A stretch of DNA of 64,000 nucleotides from the NCBI GenBank assembly GCA_001983455.1, contig LJDB01000010.1:11399-75398 (forward strand), in the 5' to 3' direction. Every line of letters begins with the position of its first letter. Within the stretch, counting starts at the first letter, position 1. Of the stretch, positions 9,890 to 17,188 are shown in pieces. Position numbers and translations under genes: made by a program. Source of the stretch: Candidatus Epulonipiscium fishelsonii (GTDB lineage Bacteria > Bacillota > Clostridia > Lachnospirales > Cellulosilyticaceae). The notes under the pieces were generated by a model. That model saw only the letters and a list, made by a program, of their open reading frames with translations, was not told the origin of the DNA and did no database searches.

Positions 9890-11635
9890 CTAGTTTTTAA
9901 CTATTGCTCTAATAATTTTAATTTCTTCTTTATCAATGGGCTTAATTTTGTATATTTTGCAACTTTCAGGCACTATAAAAGTTTCAGCATAATGTACTAC
10001 TAAAGGATTAAAGGAATTATCTAAGCTTTCAACTAGTGCTTCTTTACCCTCAATTAAATTTAAAACATTTACACTTCCTTGAGTTTCAATAATAATTTCA
10101 TTTTTAATAGTATATCTTTTTGTTTCGATTGCTTGTGTACCATGTAGGCCAGTTTTTTCAATCTTAACATTCTCATTTTCCGTAATGTTTTCAAAGTGAT
10201 TTACTAAATTCTCATACACCCATTTTGTGTCTCTATCAAAGTCCAATACTTCTTTGCCATGATTCACATGGATTGGTCTTGGTTTGCCATCAAAATTAAC
10301 TCTACCCCAATCCCATAATTTAAACGTAAAAATATATGGCGTAGCAGAAATTTCCAAAACCATTGAATTGCTTCCAGAACAATGTATTGTTCCAGCTGGA
10401 ATTAAGAAATGGTCATGTTTTTTAGCAGCAATTTTATTTATATATTTGCTGTCATCAAAAGGTGTTCCGTCTGCTTGAGATTTATTTAAAGCCTCAATAA
10501 ATTCTTCCTTATCAATGCCTTCTTTAAATCCAAGGTATACTACGGCATCTTCGCCAGTATCAAGCATATAATAACTTTCATCTTGGGTGTAATGCATACC
10601 AAACTGTTCTTGGATATATGAAGTTATTGGATGAACTTGCAAACTTAAGTTTCCACCTTGCATAGTGTCCAAAAAATCAAATCTGATTGGAAACTCAGCA
10701 CCATACCTTGCATAAACATTGGGTCCTAATAAATTTTTTGGTTCTCTAAAAACAATGTTTATTGAGGGAACTTCAATAAACTCATCGCCATATTGTAAAT
10801 AAATGCTGTTTTCTTCGGGGACTCCATCAAAACTCCAGGCATAATTTTCACTGTTTTGATCAAGGTTACATACTTCTTTCATCCACTGGCCACCCCAAAC
10901 TCCTTTATCAAAATAAGGAACTAGTCTAAAAGGATTTGTAGATGCAAAGTTTAATCCATCAAGAAATGCTTTACCAGTAACCATTTTTGGAGTGTTTTGT
11001 ATATTAGTATCTAATAGATAGTCTATTTTGTTATATAGCTGTTTTTTTAATTTATCAGCCATTCGCCATTCAATAAAATATCCTCTTTTATATTTTCGTA
11101 ATATTTCTTCTGTATAATTGTCATCTCTCCAATTACCTATTTCATTGCTTCTATATCTTTGTTGAATTTCCCAGCGAGCAAGATCTGCATAAATTAATAA
11201 ATCACCTTCATGAATAATAGAAGCACCTGTACCATAAACTATAACTAGTCCATCGGTGTGAGCGATTTTTTCTCTACATTTGAAAATTTCTTCTTCTATA
11301 AAAAAATCTTTTAATGAATGCATTGTCATATATCCGAATACTCTATCATCTGTGATGTATTTATCTAAAACACTATTCATTTCTTTTACCGTCATTGCAC
11401 AATCATCGGAATTAATAATTAATGTAGGATTTAGTGGATTTATTATTCCTTCCATAACTTCTTCATATCTAACTCCAGGATACATTTCTATAGTTAACAC
11501 TTTTTTTTCTCTTAAATTGTATTTGAGTTCATTTACAATTTTATCATATCCTTTAAATAAATCAGCACTAGAATAACCTGATACTGTAATTTTAGGAAAT
11601 GGATTATATTGTGATTTAAAATTTAAGTAACTCAT
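9890..11635 (-). CDS. Type I phosphomannose-isomerase-like cupin protein with N-terminal extension
   Basis: 581 aa. LSLQVHP and a downstream cupin segment (IPAGTIHCSG) resemble class I PMI. First gene of the GH38/PTS operon. Confidence 0.5.
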   Translation of the reverse strand: MSYLNFKSQYNPFPKITVSGYSSADLFKGYDKIVNELKYNLREKKVLTIEMYPGVRYEEVMEGIINPLNPTLIINSDDCAMTVKEMNSVLDKYITDDRVFGYMTMHSLKDFFIEEEIFKCREKIAHTDGLVIVYGTGASIIHEGDLLIYADLARWEIQQRYRSNEIGNWRDDNYTEEILRKYKRGYFIEWRMADKLKKQLYNKIDYLLDTNIQNTPKMVTGKAFLDGLNFASTNPFRLVPYFDKGVWGGQWMKEVCNLDQNSENYAWSFDGVPEENSIYLQYGDEFIEVPSINIVFREPKNLLGPNVYARYGAEFPIRFDFLDTMQGGNLSLQVHPITSYIQEQFGMHYTQDESYYMLDTGEDAVVYLGFKEGIDKEEFIEALNKSQADGTPFDDSKYINKIAAKKHDHFLIPAGTIHCSGSNSMVLEISATPYIFTFKLWDWGRVNFDGKPRPIHVNHGKEVLDFDRDTKWVYENLVNHFENITENENVKIEKTGLHGTQAIETKRYTIKNEIIIETQGSVNVLNLIEGKEALVESLDNSFNPLVVHYAETFIVPESCKIYKIKPIDKEEIKIIRAIVKN

Positions 11636-11766
11636 AATAATCTCCTTTTTTTAATATAAAATTATAGTACCATGTATGTATATATAAGTAAATATTTTTA
11701 ACGAAATTAAATATATTTATAACATGTTTACTAAAAACGATTCTAATTTTTTATTCATGATAACAA

Positions 11767-11787
11767 GAAAAGGCCAAAGGCCTTTTC
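11767..11787. terminator. Short GC hairpin downstream of the aminotransferase gene
   Basis: GAAAAGGCC AAA GGCCTTTTC perfect stem with A/T runs on both sides. Lies just downstream of the aminotransferase stop (11840). Confidence 0.55.
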
Positions 11788-11839
11788 TATGATCAACTTG
11801 TATAATTTATATCCTGTTTGTATAAACATTTGCAACGTT

Positions 11840-13018
11840 TTATGATTTACTAGCTAGTATCTTTGATACAAAGCGTTCTATTCTAACTAGTGCTTCCTTT
11901 AATTCAGCTATGGAATAAGCATAAGAACATCTTATATACCCTTCGCCTGAGCTCCCAAAAGCATTTCCTGGTACAACTGCTACCTTTTCTTCCTTTAATA
12001 ATGCCTCACAAAATTCTTCACTAGTCATACCTGTTTCCTTAATAGAAGGAAATACATAAAATGCCCCTTTAGGTTCAAAACAAGACAACCCCATTTTTTT
12101 AAATCCATCCAACATAAGTTTTCGTCTACCATCATATGCTTTTCTCATCTCACGAACATCACTATCTCCGTTTTTCATAGCAGATATTGCCCCGTATTGA
12201 CTAGTCGTTGGAGCACACATAAGAACATATTGATGCATTTTTGTCATAGCCTGAATTACAGCAGGAGGCCCCAGTGCATACCCAAGCCTCCATCCTGTCA
12301 TAGCATATGCCTTAGAAAATCCACTAAGTATAATTGTTCGCTCATACATACCTTCTATATTTGCAATGGATACATGGTTTATACCATAGGTAAGTTCGGC
12401 GTATATTTCATCTGAAAGCACTATTAAATCATTCTTAATTATAACCTTAGCAATTTTCTCTAGTTCTTCTCTTTCCATTATTGCCCCAGTCGGATTGTTT
12501 GGATATGGCAAAATTAGCAACTTAGATTTATCAGTAATAGCGTTTTCTATCTCGTCAGCTGTCAATTTAAATTGATTTTCTGCTTTTGTGGCAATAGGTA
12601 CAGGAACCCCACCAGCAAATATTGTGCACGGCATATATGCTACAAAAGAAGGCTCTGGTATTAAAACTTCTTCGCCAGCTTCTAGTAATGTTCGTAAAGA
12701 AACGTCTATCCCTTCGCTTCCTCCAACAGTTACTAGAGTTTCTGTTTTTGGGTTGTATGTTAGGTCAAATCGTCTTTTCATATATTTGCATATCTCTTCT
12801 CTAAGAGTCAGCAACCCTGCATTTGCAGAGTAAACAGTTTTTCCTTGTTCCAAAGAATATATTGCTTCTTCTCTTACATGCCAAGGAGTGTCAAAATCAG
12901 GCTCCCCCACACCTAGAGATATAGCATCTCCCATTTCGCTGGCTACATCAAAAAACTTTCTAATTCCAGATGGTGGCATGTTTTTCACTTTGAGTGATAT
13001 TTTATCTTGTATATTCAT
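11840..13018 (-). CDS. Class I/II PLP-dependent aminotransferase
   Basis: 392 aa. PLP-lysine motif SGFSKAYAMTGWRLGY. N-terminal MPPSGIRKFFD is typical of AspC/PatA-like enzymes. Confidence 0.85.
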   Translation of the reverse strand: MNIQDKISLKVKNMPPSGIRKFFDVASEMGDAISLGVGEPDFDTPWHVREEAIYSLEQGKTVYSANAGLLTLREEICKYMKRRFDLTYNPKTETLVTVGGSEGIDVSLRTLLEAGEEVLIPEPSFVAYMPCTIFAGGVPVPIATKAENQFKLTADEIENAITDKSKLLILPYPNNPTGAIMEREELEKIAKVIIKNDLIVLSDEIYAELTYGINHVSIANIEGMYERTIILSGFSKAYAMTGWRLGYALGPPAVIQAMTKMHQYVLMCAPTTSQYGAISAMKNGDSDVREMRKAYDGRRKLMLDGFKKMGLSCFEPKGAFYVFPSIKETGMTSEEFCEALLKEEKVAVVPGNAFGSSGEGYIRCSYAYSIAELKEALVRIERFVSKILASKS

Positions 13019-13500
13019 GGTGATATTATCATCCTTTCATCTTTTTTTTGTTTTTCAAATATAACCTTATGCTCTTTGTACTTTTTAAGAACAAAGTGAG
13101 TTCCAGTACTAAGCACATTGTCAAGTGGAGCAAGTTTTTGACCAACAAATAGTGCAACCTCTTTCATGCTTTTACCTTCTACAACTACTGTTAAATCAAA
13201 TCCTCCAGACATAAGATAAACGGATGTTACTTCTTTAAACATATATATACGTTTGGCAATTTTGTCAAAGCCTTCGCCCCTTTGAGGAGTTACTTTCACT
13301 TCAATTAACGCTGTTACAACTTCTTTATCCTCTACTTCATCCCAATTAATTAAGGTTTTGTAGCCACAAATTATTTGTTCATCTTCTAGTTGTTGTACGA
13401 TGGATGCCACTTCTTCAATAGGTATCCCTATCATAATAGATATGTCTTCAAAAGTGTACTGGCTATTTTCCTCTAGTAATTCTAAAATTTTGTTTCTCAT
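13015..13500 (-). CDS. Lrp/AsnC-family transcriptional regulator
   Basis: 161 aa. N-terminal HTH region plus an AsnC-type ligand domain. 4-nt ATGA overlap with the aminotransferase gene. Confidence 0.8.
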   Translation of the reverse strand: MRNKILELLEENSQYTFEDISIMIGIPIEEVASIVQQLEDEQIICGYKTLINWDEVEDKEVVTALIEVKVTPQRGEGFDKIAKRIYMFKEVTSVYLMSGGFDLTVVVEGKSMKEVALFVGQKLAPLDNVLSTGTHFVLKKYKEHKVIFEKQKKDERMIISP

Positions 13501-13546
13501 AATTATGTTCCACCTTTTTTATAATTTTTTAGCTTATTAAAATTAT

Positions 13547-13624
13547 ATTACTATAGCCTTGTATTTTAAACGTGTATTTTTTACCAGTTTAAATTTTTAA
13601 ATTTTGATATACTCTAACTATTAA
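13547..13624. repeat. 78-nt direct repeat, left copy
   Basis: ATTACTATAGCCTTGTATTTTAAACGTGTATTTTTTACCAGTTTAAATTTTTAAATTTTGATATACTCTAACTATTAA matches 14831-14908 with 4 mismatches. A 25-nt partial third copy lies at 13779-13803. Confidence 0.9.
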
Positions 13625-13640
13625 ACTTTAACTTTTATTA

Positions 13641-13671
13641 CACAAAAATAGGGTGGATTTGCACCCACCCT
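13641..13671 (-). terminator. Hairpin plus U run after a short ORF remnant
   Basis: AGGGTGG / CCACCCT stem, followed on the minus strand by ATTTTTGTG. Directly follows a start-less reading frame ending ...FGNEMRPNRQWVFIAWM* (stop 13675-13677). Confidence 0.35.
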
Positions 13672-13960
13672 ACATCACATCCAAGCGATAAAAACCCATT
13701 GTCTATTTGGACGCATTTCATTTCCAAAAGTTCCTTGTTCTTCTGCATCCACCAAAAGAGTATTAAGCCTAAATCTAAGTATTTTTTACCAATTTAAATT
13801 TTAAAACAATAAAATATTTGACTAGTAGGGCTGATAAATTTAAAAAATAACTCTACATCCTTCACTAGTGTATTCCTCAAAATTCCAGATACATATAAAT
13901 GCTTATCTTTTTTTAATAATATTTATTAGTATAATGAATATTTATGCAAAGAATAACTCT

Positions 13961-14380
13961 GTTATCTGTGATAAAGGGTTTAGAATTAAAGGATTTAGGA
14001 GTAAAGGGAGTAAATCTGTTATACGTGATAAGGAGAAAAGGCTACAGATCTTTTCTTTTTACATGTAAGATATAAATTGTGGTTAAAAAGTTTATTATAC
14101 GTGATAAAGGATTTGGGAGTAAAGGGAGTAAATCTAGTATACGTGATAAAGGATTTGGGAGTAAAGGGAGTAAATTTGTTATACGTGATAAGGAGAAAAA
14201 GCTACAGGTCTTTTCTTTTTATACGTGATAAGGAGAAAAGGCTACAGGTCTTTTCTTTTTACATGTAAGATATGAATTGTGGTTAACAGGTCTTTTCTTT
14301 TTACATGTAAGATATGAATTGTGGTTAAAAAGTTTATTATACGTGATAAAGGATTTGGGAGTAAAGGGATAAATCAAGCT
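13961..14380. repeat. Mosaic tandem array of ~41-nt modules, each beginning TTATACGTGATAA
   Basis: Module A (GGATTTGGGAGTAAAGGGAGTAAATCT) x4. Module B (GGAGAAAAGGCTACAGGTCTTTTCTTTTT) x3 plus a partial. Module C (ACATGTAAGATATGAATTGTGGTTAA) x3. Read directly from the sequence. Confidence 0.9.
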
Positions 14381-14430
14381 AAGGCTAAGACCGTAGTTTT
14401 CACTTTAGTTTAAAACATATTTAATTTTTT

Positions 14431-14547
14431 TAATTCATGATAACGGAAAAAACGTTTTGAGTTTTTTTGGTTATTCGTGATAATAGAAAAAGCGTTTTGA
14501 GTTTTTTTGTTATTCGTGACAATAGAAAAAGCATTTTGAGTTTTTTT
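14431..14547. repeat. Three tandem ~39-nt repeats
   Basis: Three consecutive units of TTATTCGTGATAATAGAAAAAGCGTTTTGAGTTTTTTTG with few substitutions. Confidence 0.9.
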
Positions 14548-14550
14548 ATT

Positions 14551-14670
14551 ATGGGTTGTTAACTAGCTGTTACTTATTTTTTCACGTCTGCTCTACTACT
14601 AATTTTTTCACCTATTGGCTACTTATTTTTCGTGACTACTCTGCTACTTGTTTTTTTCACATGGGTTAAC
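14551..14670. repeat. Four ~25-nt repeats bracketed by ATGGGTT(GT)TAAC
   Basis: Unit GCT.TACT..TTTTTTCAC occurs four times between ATGGGTTGTTAAC (14551) and ATGGGTTAAC (14661). Confidence 0.8.
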
Positions 14671-14830
14671 TCTTAAAGTATATACCTATGTCTCACAAAA
14701 TACAATTGGCAAAATATCCTAATATACTTCTTATCACTAGTGAATTGTGTCCAATATAATTAACATTACTCCAAAATACATAATTATACATAATTGTGTA
14801 TTTTGTACAAATAAGTAATTCTAAAATTGT

Positions 14831-14908
14831 ATTACTATAACCTTGTATTTTAAACGTGTATTTTTTACCAGTTTAAATTTTTACATTTTGATATATACTA
14901 ACTATTAA
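14831..14908. repeat. 78-nt direct repeat, right copy (also the likely promoter region of the ABC operon)
   Basis: 74/78 identical to 13547-13624. Contains TTTACA (14879-14884) and lies ~65 nt upstream of the ABC ATPase start. Confidence 0.9.
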
Positions 14909-14973
14909 GTATTAATATATTTTTATAATTTATAAGGGATTTAATATTTAATGAAAGAGAGGTATTGTTATCT

Positions 14974-15678
14974 ATGGAATACATCTTAACTACAAACAAT
15001 TTGTGCAAAAACTTTAAAAAACAAAAAGCGAATGATAATATTAATATTTCCATTCGCAAAAATAGTATTTATGGTTTGCTTGGGCCAAATGGTGCGGGCA
15101 AATCCACATTGCTTAAAATGATTACGGGAATGTTAAATCCCACTTCTGGCCAGATTTATTTTAATGAAAAACCTTTAGAGCGTAGCGATTTAGTAAATAT
15201 AGGCTCACTTATTGAAAGTCCAGCCATCTATGAAAACCTAACAGCTCATGAAAACTTAAAGGTCAGAGCGTTGTTGTATAATTTACCAAATAGCCGTATT
15301 GACGAAGTATTAGAAATTGTGAATTTAAAAAATACTGGTAAGAAAAAATCTGGGCAGTTTTCTTTGGGTATGAAACAACGACTTGGGATTGCGATGGCAC
15401 TTTTAAACAACCCTAAACTACTTATTTTAGATGAACCAACCAATGGACTTGACCCGCTTGGCATACAAGATTTGCGAGAACTTATTTTGTCATTTCCTAA
15501 AAAAGCTATCACAGTCATTTTGTCATCTCATATCTTATCCGAGGTGGAGCAAATAGCTGAAGATATTGGAATTATTGCAAATGGCAAATTGGGGTATCAG
15601 GAGCACATATCTCATGATGTAGACCTTGAAAGTCTATTTATGGATGTAGTAAGAAAGTCAGGTGGTTATGATGTATAG
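14974..15678 (+). CDS. ABC transporter ATP-binding protein, lantibiotic-protection (LanF) type
   Basis: Walker A GPNGAGKST, signature SLGMKQRLGIA, Walker B LLILDEP. ATG at 14974 preferred over the TTG at 14965. Confidence 0.8.
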   Translation: MEYILTTNNLCKNFKKQKANDNINISIRKNSIYGLLGPNGAGKSTLLKMITGMLNPTSGQIYFNEKPLERSDLVNIGSLIESPAIYENLTAHENLKVRALLYNLPNSRIDEVLEIVNLKNTGKKKSGQFSLGMKQRLGIAMALLNNPKLLILDEPTNGLDPLGIQDLRELILSFPKKAITVILSSHILSEVEQIAEDIGIIANGKLGYQEHISHDVDLESLFMDVVRKSGGYDV

Positions 15679-16393
15679 CTTAGTTAAATCTAATTTTATA
15701 AAACAAAGACGTACATTCTCTAAAAAACTTTTATTTATTGCACCTATAACACCAATGGTGCTTTCTGTTTTACTTTTGCAAGGAAATTATTTTATAGAAA
15801 ATTCATGTAATTGGTGGTATGCTTTTATACTTCCAGCATCAATATTTATAATTGTTGGCTTTAACATATCTAGGGAACGAAAGAAAAATCGTCACGGACT
15901 TTTTTCTATTTGTGCAGACAAAAGAAAACTATGGGTTTCAGCTGTTTTAACAAATACAATAAGTCTACTGATTTTAAACCTTGGTTTCTTTATTTGTATT
16001 ACGATATGTATTTATATTCTTGGAATAGCTGACTTAAGAGTAGGTAAAAATTTATTAGCTAGTTTTTTATTATTTATAACATTTTCATGGCAAATACCTT
16101 TATTTATGTTTATTGCTGAAAAGACAGGTGCGTTCGTGACTATTTTTATTGGGATGGTTCTTAATATGGTTGGCATTTTCTTTGCTCCAAGCAACTTATG
16201 GTACATTCCTTTTGCAATTCCATCACGACTTATGTGTCCTGTGATTGGTACTATGCCAAATGGGTTGCCTGTGGAACCAGATAGTATCCTTAACGATTCT
16301 TCAGTTGTGCTTATAGGAGTTGTAATTACAATAATATTATACTTCATTATAACAATTTTAACTACTTTGTGGTATAACAAATTGGAGGCTTAA
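15668..16393 (+). CDS. ABC-2 permease, LanE/MutE-like
   Basis: ~241 aa, six predicted TM helices. Overlaps the ATPase stop. First of two paralogous permeases in the F-E-G order. Confidence 0.6.
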   Translation: MMYSLVKSNFIKQRRTFSKKLLFIAPITPMVLSVLLLQGNYFIENSCNWWYAFILPASIFIIVGFNISRERKKNRHGLFSICADKRKLWVSAVLTNTISLLILNLGFFICITICIYILGIADLRVGKNLLASFLLFITFSWQIPLFMFIAEKTGAFVTIFIGMVLNMVGIFFAPSNLWYIPFAIPSRLMCPVIGTMPNGLPVEPDSILNDSSVVLIGVVITIILYFIITILTTLWYNKLEA

Positions 16394-16394
16394 T

Positions 16395-17129
16395 ATGAAA
16401 ACTAATATAAAATCTGAAATTTATAGGTTTATACATTCACCTTTACTACCACTACACATAATAGTTCCTATTTTAGGTTCATTTATATTTGTAGCTTATT
16501 TTGCTACATCCAATTGGAGTGAAGAAGGCAGTGTATCAGCTTTTATACAAGCTCTATCAGTAACATTTCCTGTGCTTATAGGAATAATTATGGGTTTGTC
16601 TTGTGATTTTGAGCAAAATGCTGGAGGGTTTCAGATAATGCTTACTACGAAAAGTTCAAAACTTGTACCACATATCAGCAAAATAATAGTTCTTCTTATT
16701 TTAGGTTTAATATCTGCAATTTTAGCGCTTGGCTTGTTTTATATAGGTTTTTATTTTTTTAATCACACAAGTTTTAGTGCTTGGTTTTTCATACAAACAG
16801 CAATTTTTATGTTTATAAGTATGATTCCACTATATCTTCTTTCATATGTAATAAGCTTTTTGTACGGCAAAGGCATGAGCATAAGTATTGGGATTGTAGG
16901 TGGAATGGTATCAGCACTACTTTTGACAGGTCTTGGTGACAATAATTGGTTTTATACTCCTTGGGGGCTTGCTGCTCGCTTGTCGTTATTCCCTTTTATA
17001 AGAGATGTTGAAAACAATACTAGTGAAATGAATTGGGGTATTATTTCGCTACTTATATTTACAGCGATACTAACCATCTTGTTCATAGTAATTTTCAGAA
17101 AATGGGAGGGCAAAAGAATAGAAGACTAG
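16395..17129 (+). CDS. ABC-2 permease, LanG/MutG-like
   Basis: 244 aa, six predicted TM helices. Starts 1 nt after the previous stop. Confidence 0.6.
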   Translation: MKTNIKSEIYRFIHSPLLPLHIIVPILGSFIFVAYFATSNWSEEGSVSAFIQALSVTFPVLIGIIMGLSCDFEQNAGGFQIMLTTKSSKLVPHISKIIVLLILGLISAILALGLFYIGFYFFNHTSFSAWFFIQTAIFMFISMIPLYLLSYVISFLYGKGMSISIGIVGGMVSALLLTGLGDNNWFYTPWGLAARLSLFPFIRDVENNTSEMNWGIISLLIFTAILTILFIVIFRKWEGKRIED

Positions 17130-17150
17130 GAGAAATGAATTGAATATTAG

Positions 17151-17184
17151 AAAAGGCAAAGCCATGTAGCTTTGCCTTTTTTTA
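17151..17184. terminator. Bidirectional terminator between the ABC operon and rpoC
   Basis: AAAAGGCAAAGC / GCTTTGCCTTTT 12-bp stem, loop CATGTA, with T and A runs on both sides. Confidence 0.75.
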
Positions 17185-17188
17185 CAAA

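Noticed and set aside
13868-14268. ORFs 13868-14068 and 14077-14268 from the track (repetitive peptides VIKDLGVKGVNL...)
   Set aside because: They are read-throughs of the tandem DNA modules, lack ribosome-binding sites and have non-protein-like repetitive composition.
13961-14547. Possible CRISPR array, given regularly spaced ~40-nt repeats
   Set aside because: The sequences between the conserved TTATACGTGATAA cores are themselves repeated (modules A, B, C). There are no unique spacers, the repeat length and spacing are irregular, and no cas genes are in the window.
13961-14547. DnaA boxes (oriC), a Fur/PerR box or a cre site as the meaning of the TTAT(T/A)CGTGATAA core
   Set aside because: Only 5 of 9 bases match TTATCCACA. 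The 7-1-7 Fur-family layout is not matched. The cre consensus fails at 2-3 invariant positions. No dnaA or dnaN genes are nearby.
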